The notes: generated from the sequence alone by a model not told the origin. A stretch of 64,000 nt of DNA from Candidatus Hikarchaeia archaeon HikBin5 (GCA_009889625.1 WTZU01000003.1:4131-68130); one strand, 5' to 3'; shown: positions 19,810 through 29,442, numbered from the stretch's first letter. Translations and numbers: made by a program.

Positions 19810-20097
19810 ATGGAAAAAAATTCAGTTCTGGGATTAGAGTTTTCAACCCCCCGTGCCAGTGATCCCGTTGAAACATGTCCTTTTTGCGAATTCATATTTC
19901 GTGAACGGGATGATCTAATTTTCCATATGGTCGAAGTCCATTCTCACAAATGCTCTGCCAAAACAAATGAAGAATATAGGCGCCTTTCTTTGATAGAATC
20001 TAATAAATTGTTCATTTATCATTTAAAAATATGTTCTTTAATTATGTTAACAATGATGGCACTTGCTTACATCTATGCATTTGCATTGGTTGGATAA
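19810..20097 (+). CDS. Small C2H2 zinc-finger protein with a C-terminal TM helix
   Basis: 95 aa. CPFCEFIFRERDDLIFHMVEVH fits C-X2-C-X3-F-X5-L-X2-H-X4-H exactly. The hydrophobic tail is ICSLIMLTMMALAYIYAFALVG. Confidence 0.5.
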   Translation: MEKNSVLGLEFSTPRASDPVETCPFCEFIFRERDDLIFHMVEVHSHKCSAKTNEEYRRLSLIESNKLFIYHLKICSLIMLTMMALAYIYAFALVG

Positions 20098-20202
20098 TGC
20101 AATATATTCTGCATTCTGATCCTCCAATGAGCATAAACCCGTACAAGGGTTTTGCGAGGTTAGGTCGTAATAGATAAGTACCCCAACCGTCCAAAATTAA
20201 AC

Positions 20203-20910
20203 GTGTTAGATTTTAGTTTCATTTCCCTCTTAGCTAGATCGAGCCTCCTTAGTATTTTCCCAATAGGAAGTAGGACTTTTATTTTCGATCAAATTTTCTT
20301 TATATTTTTACTTCTTGGAACTATTGTCGGTATCGTAGTCATTTCTTATATGGTTATTCAGGCATATAGATACCGTGAGGATTCCACTCGCAAAAAGGAT
20401 GATATTGACCGTCCCAAACTAGGAGAGTTGCCTCCTCAGGAAGATGATGGAAATAAGTTACTTAAATCCCTTCTACTAAGTGCAGTGGTAGTAATTGCAC
20501 TTGTTGTTTGGACCTATGGATCTCTTCTCTATGTCGAGGCCCAACCTTCTCAAATAGATGATGCCTTAACCATTGGAGTCGAGGCATATCAGTTCGGATT
20601 CTTGTTCACTTACCCCGATGGCTATCAGTCAACAGGTGTACTCCGGGCACCCGTAGACCGAGTCACAGTTTTGAAGATAACTTCAAGAGATGTATTGCAC
20701 AATTTCGGTTCTCCCGATCTCCGTATAAAAGCCGATGCTGCCCCGGGGCAAGTATCTGAAACGTGGTTCTTAGCTGAATCTACTGGAACTTATGATTCTG
20801 CTTGTTATGAACTCTGTGGGGCTGGCCATTCATATATGTTGGCAGAGATAATAATATTAGAAGAATCCGAGTTCGAACAATGGAATAAAACTAAAAATAA
20901 TGGTAATTAA
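20203..20910 (+). CDS. coxB: Heme-copper oxidase subunit II (CuA)
   Basis: Two N-terminal TM helices are followed by a cupredoxin domain with the CuA motif HNF...CYELCGAGHSYM. It has a GTG start, and there is no fused cytochrome c domain. Confidence 0.85.
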   Translation: MLDFSFISLLARSSLLSIFPIGSRTFIFDQIFFIFLLLGTIVGIVVISYMVIQAYRYREDSTRKKDDIDRPKLGELPPQEDDGNKLLKSLLLSAVVVIALVVWTYGSLLYVEAQPSQIDDALTIGVEAYQFGFLFTYPDGYQSTGVLRAPVDRVTVLKITSRDVLHNFGSPDLRIKADAAPGQVSETWFLAESTGTYDSACYELCGAGHSYMLAEIIILEESEFEQWNKTKNNGN

Positions 20911-20912
20911 CT

Positions 20913-22571
20913 ATGAATAAACTTTTGCAAACTGATGGCGGTCACTCCGATGAACATGGCCTTCCGCCAATGAGCTCTATCAAACGCTGGTTGGTAACAA
21001 CAAATCACAAAGATGTTGGAATTCTTTATATCGTAACTTCTTTATTTTTCTTAGTAATGGGTGGGGTTCTCGCCCTCTTAATCCGATTACAACTTTGGCT
21101 ACCTCGGGCCCCCGGGGAAGGGTTGCTATCTGCCTTTGCGTATAATCAGTCCGTCACCGCGCACGGTCTAATAATGGTGTTTTGGTTCCTTTCGCCATTC
21201 GCATTTGGATTTGCCAATTACATAGTTCCTATACAAATAGGTGCAAAAGACCTGGCATTCCCTCGCCTAAATGCTTTGAGTTATTGGCTTTATTTAATTT
21301 CTGGAATTTTACTTGGGGTTTCATTTTTCCAAGGTGGAACCTTCAACGGTGGATGGACTGTATATGCTCCTTTAAACCTCCCTGCATTCACCCCTCAAGT
21401 TGGCGCAACTTCTGCAATTTTGGCATTACTCATCTTTTCAGTCGCAATCACTGCAGGTTCTGTTAATTTCCTCACCACCATCCATCGCATGCGGGCAAAA
21501 GGCATGACATTAATGAACATGCCTCTGTTCACTTGGACGATACTGTTAACAGTGTGGATGATGCTATTCGCATTTGCTGCACTGCTAGCAGCTTTAATGA
21601 TTCTATCTTCTGATAGGATTCTAGGGACAACTTATTTTTCAACCACTGGAACACAAGGATCCCTCTTGTGGACTCACTTATTCTGGTTCTTTGGACATCC
21701 TGAAGTTTACATCGTATTTTTCCCAGCTCTGGGTGCAATGGCCGAAATTTTCCAAACTTTCACTGGAAGAAGAATTGTCGGCAGAAAATGGTTCATCGCA
21801 GCTCTCGTTTTAGTCACTGTTCAAAGTTTCGTGGTTTGGATGCATCACATGTTCCTTACTGGGATTAATCTCGAAATAAAAACGATCATCATGATAACCA
21901 CTATTGGGATATCACTTCCATTCGATTTGATGGTATTTTCTCTCATTTACACTCTAGTAAAAGGAAGAATTCAATTCACTACTCCCTTCCTCTTCGCATT
22001 CGGAGGTCTAGTTTTGTTTATTATCGGCGGAATTACCGGAGTATTTTTAGGCGCCGTAATACTCGACTACGAATTCCGAGGTACATATTGGGTAGTTGCC
22101 CATTTCCACTATGTAATGGTTGGGGGGGTAACTGGTTTGGTCGCTGCCATTTATTATTGGTTCCCAAAAATAACTGGAAGAATGTATGATGAGTTCCTAG
22201 GCAAAGTCAATTTCGTGTTATACTTTATTGGATTTAATCTACTTTATTTCCCTCTCTTTATAGCATGGGAGACTCCTCGGAGAGTTTTCACATATGCTCC
22301 TTCTTTGATACCGTGGCATCAGATGGCTACTATTGGTGGATTTATTTTGGCACTTTCTTTCGTTGTAATGCTATACAATTTCTTTATCAGCCTCTCCAAT
22401 GGAGAAGAAGTTGGAAACTCACCTTGGGAATATGCTTCAACAATGGAATGGGCACTTTCCTCCCCCCCGCCACTAGAAAATTGGGATGGGGTTCCAACTT
22501 ATGAGAATGGAGAATTAGAATTCATCCCTGAAAAAATAGCCACAGATGGAGGTGAAATTACTCATGAGTGA
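20913..22571 (+). CDS. coxA: Heme-copper oxidase subunit I
   Basis: 552 aa with WFFGHPEVYIVFFPALG, VWMHHMF and VAHFHYVM. Confidence 0.95.
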   Translation: MNKLLQTDGGHSDEHGLPPMSSIKRWLVTTNHKDVGILYIVTSLFFLVMGGVLALLIRLQLWLPRAPGEGLLSAFAYNQSVTAHGLIMVFWFLSPFAFGFANYIVPIQIGAKDLAFPRLNALSYWLYLISGILLGVSFFQGGTFNGGWTVYAPLNLPAFTPQVGATSAILALLIFSVAITAGSVNFLTTIHRMRAKGMTLMNMPLFTWTILLTVWMMLFAFAALLAALMILSSDRILGTTYFSTTGTQGSLLWTHLFWFFGHPEVYIVFFPALGAMAEIFQTFTGRRIVGRKWFIAALVLVTVQSFVVWMHHMFLTGINLEIKTIIMITTIGISLPFDLMVFSLIYTLVKGRIQFTTPFLFAFGGLVLFIIGGITGVFLGAVILDYEFRGTYWVVAHFHYVMVGGVTGLVAAIYYWFPKITGRMYDEFLGKVNFVLYFIGFNLLYFPLFIAWETPRRVFTYAPSLIPWHQMATIGGFILALSFVVMLYNFFISLSNGEEVGNSPWEYASTMEWALSSPPPLENWDGVPTYENGELEFIPEKIATDGGEITHE

Positions 22572-23349
22572 TCATTCAAATCCTCATATAGAGACTCACG
22601 CAAGCATCTGGCCATTCTGCATATCTGTGGGTGTTCTTTTCTTCTTAATCGGGTTGTCTGGATTTTCTCAAGGGAATTCACCCACTACTATTTATTACGC
22701 TTGTTTTTTAATAGGTTTGATAGTCTTTTCAGGTTCTATGATAGGGCTTGGTGCTCAAAAATTCGCAGGTCCAGAAGGTGGATTTGGAGAGGCATGGCCA
22801 TTCCAGAATATAGAAAATATGAAAACTGGTGTATGGATATTTTTGGCATCCGATGTAGTCTTATTTGGGGCATTCATCGGATCTGCCATATTCATCCGGG
22901 TTGCATATGGATGGACGAGTTGGACTCCAATACCCGACGACGTTATACCTGGTTTGATGAATACTTATCTGCTTTTAACTAGTAGTTTCACTGTAATCTT
23001 GGCCCTTGTTGCAGCAGAAAGGAAGAATAGATACGGGGTAGTTGTAAGTCTAATCACGACACTTCTTCTTGGGATCGGATTTTTAATAAATAAAGGCATC
23101 GAATGGAACCATCTATTCCAACACGGGTATTGGCTTTCAACCAATGTTAAAACTTCCACCTTCTTTTTAACGACTGGTCTCCACGCTGCACACGTCATCG
23201 GTGGCCTCATCATTTGCATTTGGCTCATAGGGCGTGCATGGAATGGTGCATATTTGGAAGACAATAGGGTGCTCGAATATTTCGGTCTATATTGGCACTT
23301 TGTCGATATTGTTTGGCTGTTCCTATTTCCCCTATTCTACATATTGTGA
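22546..23349 (+). CDS. coxC: Heme-copper oxidase subunit III
   Basis: 7-TM protein ending with YWHFVDIVWLFLFPLFY, the subunit III signature. An alternative ATG at 22564 would overlap the coxA stop by only 8 nt. Confidence 0.9.
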   Translation: MEVKLLMSDHSNPHIETHASIWPFCISVGVLFFLIGLSGFSQGNSPTTIYYACFLIGLIVFSGSMIGLGAQKFAGPEGGFGEAWPFQNIENMKTGVWIFLASDVVLFGAFIGSAIFIRVAYGWTSWTPIPDDVIPGLMNTYLLLTSSFTVILALVAAERKNRYGVVVSLITTLLLGIGFLINKGIEWNHLFQHGYWLSTNVKTSTFFLTTGLHAAHVIGGLIICIWLIGRAWNGAYLEDNRVLEYFGLYWHFVDIVWLFLFPLFYIL

Positions 23350-23361
23350 GGTAATCAAAAA

Positions 23362-23631
23362 ATGGTATCACTTAAAACTTATACAATAATATACGTGGCA
23401 TTGTTCATATCCGCAACAGTACAGGTTGCTGTCGAAATGATGGGTCTTTTAAGTACAATGTATTGGATTGCATTTTGGACCATCATGATTTTATCTCTTC
23501 TAAAAGCTATCCTGGTCGCTGGATGGTTCCAACATTTAAGATATGAACCTCCTTCGTTGAGCTATTTGATTCTTATTGGATTAGGTGCAGCACTCGCGCT
23601 CACTCTAGCCGCATCTTATTCCATTCAATAA
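23362..23631 (+). CDS. Small 3-TM oxidase subunit (prokaryotic subunit IV-like)
   Basis: 89 aa with three TM helices. KAILVAGWFQHLRYE resembles the COX4_pro family motif. It lies directly after coxC. Confidence 0.6.
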   Translation: MVSLKTYTIIYVALFISATVQVAVEMMGLLSTMYWIAFWTIMILSLLKAILVAGWFQHLRYEPPSLSYLILIGLGAALALTLAASYSIQ

Positions 23632-23679
23632 TTATTTAACCAGTATTTTCTCTAAACCAAACTCGTCGTGCATAAATAG

Positions 23680-25008
23680 GTGTATAGTTTACGTTCATTC
23701 GTGACAAAAGAGATGCCTACCAATTCGATTTATGCACTTTCACTTACTTGCATGGGCATCTATATTTTTGGAATGATAGAACTATCTAATTTAGTTCTCC
23801 CATTTCTGTCAATTTTATTCCCTCTCTTGATCGGGATTGCAATCATATGTTCTTTAATTCTAAATAGGACCAACCCCCTGAACGTTAGAATTCCATTGTG
23901 GTTGGGATTTGGTATCTATCTCTTTTCAATTGCCAATCAATCAATTGGCTTTTCACCCAACTTAGTATCCATTAGGGGATTTAGCTTGGATTTTGATCTA
24001 TTGGCCACTATTCTGATGTTTCTAACTACCTTCGCCGCGCTAACTTTCTCCCTTGAATTCTACACTTCTTCTTTCACCATGTCAGAGGAATCTGCCTCTG
24101 AAAAACCATCTCGGTCTTCATCCAATATTCTATCTAGAATTCCCTATTTGTCCAAACCTCCTCTATCTGATTATATCTACTTAACAAAACCTAGATTGAT
24201 GTGGCTCCTCTCTCTAGTTGCATTATCTGGAATGGCTATTAGCGCCGGCCCTTCTTTAAAACTTAATACGGCACTTCTCACAATACTCGGCGGGGTTCTA
24301 GCCATTGGTGCGAGCGGAACTTTCAATCAAATATTCGAAGCGGATGTAGACCAAAATATGGATAGAACTTCAGACCGACCACTAGCCACTAAAAGAATAC
24401 CTATTCTGAACGCTTGGATCTTTGGAATTTCTCTCGCTGTGGCTTCAATTCTTGTATTCCTCCAATTAAACTTACTTTCATCCATATTGGCCCTGTCTGC
24501 CATTTTATTTTACAGTGTCATTTACACCGTTTTACTCAAACCAAATACTGCTCAGAACACAGTTATAGGTGGCATCGCGGGATCGTTCCCAGTAGTCATT
24601 GGCTCTGCAGCTGCAACTTCAACCATTTCCCCAAGCTCAATTTTACTTGCTGCTTTAATCTTTTTTTGGACCCCTGCCCATTTTTATAATTTGGCCATAG
24701 TGTATAAAAAAGACTTTCAAAAGAGCGGATTGCCCATGTTCTCTGTTGTACACGGCGATTCCGAGACTAGAAAAAATATCCTATTCTACTTTGGAGCCAC
24801 ACTTATCTGTGCCTTATTATTATTTCATTTTGCAAATCTCTCTTTCTTCTTCCTATCGGTAAATTCCATTTTCTCTGCCATATTTCTCTGGACTATCATA
24901 ATGTCTCATTATAATCCATCTCGATCAACCTTTATGAAGGCTTTCATCGCTTCAAATATTTATCTAACTGTACTTCTTGTCTCAATAATTCTGGAGCTTC
25001 TTTTATGA
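23680..25008 (+). CDS. ctaB: Protoheme IX farnesyltransferase (heme O synthase) with an N-terminal membrane extension of about 150 aa
   Basis: The UbiA-family core has YIYLTKPRLMWLL, the Asp-rich motif EADVDQNMDRTSDRPL, and WTPAHFYNLA. It has a GTG start. Confidence 0.9.
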   Translation: MYSLRSFVTKEMPTNSIYALSLTCMGIYIFGMIELSNLVLPFLSILFPLLIGIAIICSLILNRTNPLNVRIPLWLGFGIYLFSIANQSIGFSPNLVSIRGFSLDFDLLATILMFLTTFAALTFSLEFYTSSFTMSEESASEKPSRSSSNILSRIPYLSKPPLSDYIYLTKPRLMWLLSLVALSGMAISAGPSLKLNTALLTILGGVLAIGASGTFNQIFEADVDQNMDRTSDRPLATKRIPILNAWIFGISLAVASILVFLQLNLLSSILALSAILFYSVIYTVLLKPNTAQNTVIGGIAGSFPVVIGSAAATSTISPSSILLAALIFFWTPAHFYNLAIVYKKDFQKSGLPMFSVVHGDSETRKNILFYFGATLICALLLFHFANLSFFFLSVNSIFSAIFLWTIIMSHYNPSRSTFMKAFIASNIYLTVLLVSIILELLL

Positions 25009-25712
25009 ATTCATCTTTCTTGAATTCATCAAGAAATTTCTTATTTTTGTTTAGTTCTATCATATTTTTAGAGCTTATTTTCTCTCTCATATATGTTCTT
25101 TATTCAGGCGCTATTATCACTGATCCTCTAATCTTATTATATCCCTTTATCTGGATCAATTCTAGTATTTTTGTTCTCCTCCGAATAAAGCCAACAAAGG
25201 TAAAATTGTCTAAAAGAATCCCTGCATTCCTTTTTGGATTTATGTATTTTTTATTATTGGCATATCTTAGTTCTATATTGGATTTTGGTCACATTTTCCA
25301 TGGACATACTGCATCTGACCACGCCTTCGGATTGAGAATCGCATTCTCTTCCATGCCTCCTGGGTGGGCACCTTCTTTCTTTTACAGCGGCTTATTAGTC
25401 TCGTTTTATATACTTTTCTTTGAATTTTTTGGATACCTCTCACTCTCTTATTTATTCTACCGATCCATGCTTAATTTTAATCGGTTTACCTTTTCGGGAA
25501 TGATTGGGCTCTTTTCTTGTATAAGCTGCACTTGGCCCCTTATAGGTGCATATTTATCTAGTATTTCTGGATCCACTTTGCCCCTCTTTTTATCTGCACA
25601 TCAATCATACGGATTCTCCACTTTGATCTTCACAACTGCAATTTTATTGCTTTTTTGGGGCCTCCCTAAGCGGAATTATCAAAGGTCGATAGGTATCCCG
25701 AATTGGTTATAA
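25005..25712 (+). CDS. Hypothetical polytopic membrane protein with a His-rich loop and a CxxC motif
   Basis: 235 aa with about 6 TM helices. The loop is GHIFHGHTASDHAFG and the CxxC segment is CISCTWP. It has an ATGA overlap with the ctaB stop. Confidence 0.5.
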   Translation: MNSSFLNSSRNFLFLFSSIIFLELIFSLIYVLYSGAIITDPLILLYPFIWINSSIFVLLRIKPTKVKLSKRIPAFLFGFMYFLLLAYLSSILDFGHIFHGHTASDHAFGLRIAFSSMPPGWAPSFFYSGLLVSFYILFFEFFGYLSLSYLFYRSMLNFNRFTFSGMIGLFSCISCTWPLIGAYLSSISGSTLPLFLSAHQSYGFSTLIFTTAILLLFWGLPKRNYQRSIGIPNWL

Positions 25713-26194
25713 CTAGCTATTTCCTTCATATCTTTTCTCTCCTTTTTCCCTGCCACTCTATTTAATGGATACCCAAACCCCACAACCGCAGTAATATGAT
25801 ATTCTCCTGGGATGTTGAATTCCAATTTAGCTTTGTCTTGATCTGGTTTTTTTATCGTATATAGCCGAGAACCAACCCCACTTTCCCATCCTACCAGTTG
25901 CATTTGTGTTATCGCTCTCCCTGCATCTAGTTCATTAAAATCATATTTTGGATCTGTGACAATGACTATTGCAAAATTTGAGTCTCTTATCCACCTTCCC
26001 GTAGGACTTAACTTAGAAAGGATATCTAGCTCTTTCTCACCTTCAATAAGTACATAATGCCAATGCTGTAGATTTCTGCCACTTGGGGCTAGCCTTCCTG
26101 CCTCAAGAATCTCTTTTTTTACTTCTACATCCACCGATTTTTTTTCAAATTCTCGTATTTCAATTCGTGTTTCAATTATTTCTAATATTCTCAT
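25679..26194 (-). CDS. Nitroreductase-family protein
   Basis: 171 aa. The N-terminus R.F....V......IL.AGRLAPSGRNLQHWHYVLI is typical of the nitroreductase fold. Its 3' end overlaps the convergent ORF by 34 nt. Confidence 0.8.
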   Translation of the reverse strand: MRILEIIETRIEIREFEKKSVDVEVKKEILEAGRLAPSGRNLQHWHYVLIEGEKELDILSKLSPTGRWIRDSNFAIVIVTDPKYDFNELDAGRAITQMQLVGWESGVGSRLYTIKKPDQDKAKLEFNIPGEYHITAVVGFGYPLNRVAGKKERKDMKEIASYNQFGIPIDL

Positions 26195-26277
26195 ACACCT
26201 GTCTATGGTTTTTATTTTAATATCTCTTTATATCCCAAATCCTAATGCATAATTCCTCTCCCTCCCGATTGTAACCA

Positions 26278-27171
26278 ATGACTGTAATCCAGATGGCGGA
26301 TCTCCAGAAGTCTTACTCTGGTTATATGGCGGTGGATGGAGTCTCTTTATCTATTAAAAAAGGAGAAATATTCGCTTTAATTGGTCCAAATGGAGCTGGA
26401 AAGACCACTCTTATAAATTGTCTTACTGGAACTTCCCCATTTAACTCCGGATCTATCCGAATTTTAGACAAAACACCCCTAAATGTGGCCAAATCTAAAA
26501 TATCACTATTGCCCCAATCATTCGAACCTCCTACTCATCTAACCGTCACGGAGTTAGTTACTTATTTTTCTGGCCTATATGGAATTAAAATTGACCCATA
26601 CTATATAATAAATCAAGTGGGCCTTTCTTCACAAGCAAATACTAAATTTTATCAATTATCTGGGGGGCAAAAACGACGTATATGTGTTGGTATTTCAATC
26701 ATAAATGATCCCGAAATATTATTTTTAGACGAACCCACAACTGGTATAGATCCTGCAGGCAGATTTGAAATCTGGGATCTTATAGAAACTATGGCTTCAA
26801 GAGGTACTACTATCTTCCTCACCACTCATTATATGCATGAAGTAGAGCGACTTGCAGATCGTGTCGGAGTACTTTCAAATGGAAAATTAATAGCCACTGG
26901 AACTCCTTCTGATCTGATCACCAAATATGGTGGAGATTGTCAATTATCTATCAAAATGACATCTGATATTTGCACTTCTTTTAAAGAATTATCCCCTTCT
27001 TTCAAGGATGGCATTTTGAATTTCAATAATATCTCTTCAGAACAAATTGGATCAATATTGGCACAAATTGAAAACTTAGATATTGAGTACAGTAGTTTGA
27101 CCTGGAACCGCCCTAGCTTGGAAACGGTATATGTGGGATTAATTGACCCCGAAAATGGTGATGAACTATGA
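26278..27171 (+). CDS. ABC transporter ATP-binding protein (ABC-2/DrrA-like)
   Basis: Walker A is GPNGAGKTT, the ABC signature is LSGGQKRR, and Walker B is LFLDEPTTGID. Confidence 0.9.
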   Translation: MTVIQMADLQKSYSGYMAVDGVSLSIKKGEIFALIGPNGAGKTTLINCLTGTSPFNSGSIRILDKTPLNVAKSKISLLPQSFEPPTHLTVTELVTYFSGLYGIKIDPYYIINQVGLSSQANTKFYQLSGGQKRRICVGISIINDPEILFLDEPTTGIDPAGRFEIWDLIETMASRGTTIFLTTHYMHEVERLADRVGVLSNGKLIATGTPSDLITKYGGDCQLSIKMTSDICTSFKELSPSFKDGILNFNNISSEQIGSILAQIENLDIEYSSLTWNRPSLETVYVGLIDPENGDEL

Positions 27172-27908
27172 ACTTAACTAGGATTTCAGCCGAATCTTTG
27201 GCATCTTGGAAATCTTTCCTCCGCAAAAGAACTGCTGTATTTTTTACATTCCTTTTCCCCATTATCTTAGTTTGTATATTCAGCTTCATAGTCGGAACTC
27301 AAACTAGTGGTTTATTCTCAGAAGAATCTGCATATTACGTTGCAAGTTATATTTCCATAGTTATTCTCTTCACTCCTATATCTAGAATGTCGATGACCGT
27401 GGCACGTGGACGGGACAGTTCCCTTTTTCAAAAACTTTGCACCACTCCTCTCACTCCCACGGAGTGGCTCTTAGCACATTCTGTTACGATCTTCATAATT
27501 TGTCTATTCTCTACTATTATCGTCTTAACAATCGCTTCAATACTTACTGATTTCGTGTTCATATTTCCACTTACAATAGTTCTATTCTTATTCTTAGGTT
27601 CTCTTTTGTTTTGTAATATTGGGGTTATTATAGGGGGCATAACTAAATCCCAAGATGGGGCCATAGCGGCTAGCAATTCAATAGCGTTGCCCTTACTTTT
27701 TCTTTCTGATACTTTTATCCCCCTATCTTATTTTCCAAATTGGTTCGTACCATTGATTTCATTTTCTCCACTGACCCCATTTTCTCGTGCAGCCAGGGAA
27801 ATATTCATCTCATCCACCTTCCCTCTTACAGGATTTGTCTCACTTGTACTACTGAACATAATGGCATTTGCAATTGGCTCATATCTACTTCCTTTCTATG
27901 GGGATTAA
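27168..27908 (+). CDS. ABC-2 type transporter permease
   Basis: 246 aa with 6 TM helices. It has an ATGA overlap with the preceding ATPase. Confidence 0.75.
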   Translation: MNLTRISAESLASWKSFLRKRTAVFFTFLFPIILVCIFSFIVGTQTSGLFSEESAYYVASYISIVILFTPISRMSMTVARGRDSSLFQKLCTTPLTPTEWLLAHSVTIFIICLFSTIIVLTIASILTDFVFIFPLTIVLFLFLGSLLFCNIGVIIGGITKSQDGAIAASNSIALPLLFLSDTFIPLSYFPNWFVPLISFSPLTPFSRAAREIFISSTFPLTGFVSLVLLNIMAFAIGSYLLPFYGD

Positions 27909-27933
27909 GTTCACGTGGAAATAAAAAAATCCA

Positions 27934-28524
27934 CTAGCCCCCGATAAATCTCCATTCATAAATGTGATTTAACATTAAGTATGTAATCACTCCTAAGCTC
28001 AATGACACGATCCATGCGGTTGCTCCAATCCGGCCAATTTTTCTATGATACTTTAACCTAAGCAATTCAGTTGGAGTGTGCGTTATCCCCGTGATTATTT
28101 GATATATTACCAGTGGAACTGCTGCTATTGACAATCCGATATGGATGGCTAACATGATTAAATAACTATATCGAACTAACACGGGTCCTATGAATTCTTT
28201 TGTCCCTCCACCTCCGACCTTTGTTAAGTATAGGACTAAAAAAAGAAGTATCAGTCCAAATGAGGCTAACATAAATTTGTTGTGCCTTTTTATATCCCCC
28301 TTCATGATAAAATACCAACCTATAATTATGCAACACAAGGCGGTCAAATTTACAATTGCAATCACATCAGCCAATCGATTTATGGCCCATAATGTAAGAT
28401 CGGGAAATATGCTTTCTGGCCAGATTTCCAAAAAAGTTCCTATGACAATTACGTACCCTAACAAACTAGCTATTATTGTTGATGCTATTAGATTTCCCTT
28501 TAAAATTTGCTTTACATTCTGCAT
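27934..28524 (-). CDS. DUF420-like membrane protein (CtaM-like family)
   Basis: 4-5 TM helices with GWYFIMKGDIKRHNKFMLASF and ...KYHRKIGR, which resemble the DUF420 pattern. The family call is from memory. I prefer the ATG at 28524 (MQNVKQ) over the ATGs at 28593 and 28578, because it leaves room for the divergent fba promoter. Confidence 0.5.
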   Translation of the reverse strand: MQNVKQILKGNLIASTIIASLLGYVIVIGTFLEIWPESIFPDLTLWAINRLADVIAIVNLTALCCIIIGWYFIMKGDIKRHNKFMLASFGLILLFLVLYLTKVGGGGTKEFIGPVLVRYSYLIMLAIHIGLSIAAVPLVIYQIITGITHTPTELLRLKYHRKIGRIGATAWIVSLSLGVITYLMLNHIYEWRFIGG

Positions 28525-28632
28525 AATATTCACTTCTCTGTTTTTTCTAAAGCCACAAACAAATTTTATGTTTTCCATTGGAATTTCAGGCATAAACTTT
28601 TATCGTGCAGCAAGGAATCTATTGATTCATAA

Positions 28633-29442
28633 ATGCTACCAATTGACAATTCACCCATCTCCCGCAATGGGAAAATTCTAATCTTGGCCTACGACCATGG
28701 ACTCGAACACGGTCCTATAGATTTCATAGACTTACCTAAGACTATAGATCCTCAATCCATTTTTGATCTCGCATGCCATGAAGCTGTCACCGCTCTGGCA
28801 GTTCAAAAAGGCATTGCAGAGGCATATTTCCCATCTTACAAAGATGATGTCGTCCTCTTAGCAAAAGTAAATGGAACCTCTAATCTTTGGACTGGAGAGC
28901 CAAATTCTTCAGTAAATTGGTCTGTTAACAACGCAGTTGAACTTGGTGCATCAGCAATTGGATTCACTCTTTATGGTGGGTCCAACCACGAAGTTGAAAT
29001 GGCAGAAGAATTCCGAGTGGCACAAGAGCAAGCTAGATCTCATGGAATTCCTGTAGTCATGTGGTCATACCCCCGTGGCCAAGGAATAAATGAAAAATTC
29101 GCTGGAAATGACACCGATGACGAAGTCATAGCGTATGCATCTAGACTTGCCTTAGAATTGGGGGCAGACGTTGCCAAGATAAAATATCCTGGAAGTGAAG
29201 CTGCAATGAAATGGGCAGTTAAAGCCGCAGGCCCCGTTAAAGTGGTTCTCAGCGGGGGTTCGAAAGTAGATGATTTGACATTCCTTAGCAGTGTTCAAAC
29301 CGTAATGGATGCCGGTGGATCTGGCCTCGCAGTCGGACGAAATGTATGGCAACGAGAAAATGCAAACGAAATGTTAGAAGCACTCGGCCGTATAGTTCAC
29401 GGAGGCGAATCCGCTGAGGATGCCATATCCTCTCTAACATGA
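28633..29442 (+). CDS. fba: Class I fructose-bisphosphate aldolase (DhnA/FbaB family)
   Basis: ILAYDHGLEHGP and the Schiff-base lysine region ADVAKIKYPG are present. It is translationally coupled to fbp, which favours an aldolase role over an AroA'-type role. Confidence 0.75.
   Translation: MLPIDNSPISRNGKILILAYDHGLEHGPIDFIDLPKTIDPQSIFDLACHEAVTALAVQKGIAEAYFPSYKDDVVLLAKVNGTSNLWTGEPNSSVNWSVNNAVELGASAIGFTLYGGSNHEVEMAEEFRVAQEQARSHGIPVVMWSYPRGQGINEKFAGNDTDDEVIAYASRLALELGADVAKIKYPGSEAAMKWAVKAAGPVKVVLSGGSKVDDLTFLSSVQTVMDAGGSGLAVGRNVWQRENANEMLEALGRIVHGGESAEDAISSLT

Noticed and set aside
20135-20152. A perfect 6-bp hairpin (AAACCC-GTACAA-GGGTTT) in the spacer between the zinc-finger ORF and coxB, considered as a terminator or regulatory structure.
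   Set aside because: The stem is short, no downstream T-run follows, and this is within chance expectation for a 105-nt spacer. It cannot be supported without comparative or transcript data.
23680-24150. The N-terminal extension of CtaB, considered as a fused minimal heme A synthase (CtaA).
   Set aside because: The extension contains no histidine, and CtaA needs His residues to ligate heme. It is therefore unlikely to be CtaA-like. I kept it only as a low-interest note.
28190-28681. A 163-aa plus-strand ORF overlapping the DUF420-like gene and running into the fba start.
   Set aside because: It is antisense to a clean multi-TM ORF and has no motifs. It would also override the well-supported fba N-terminus, so it is a shadow ORF.
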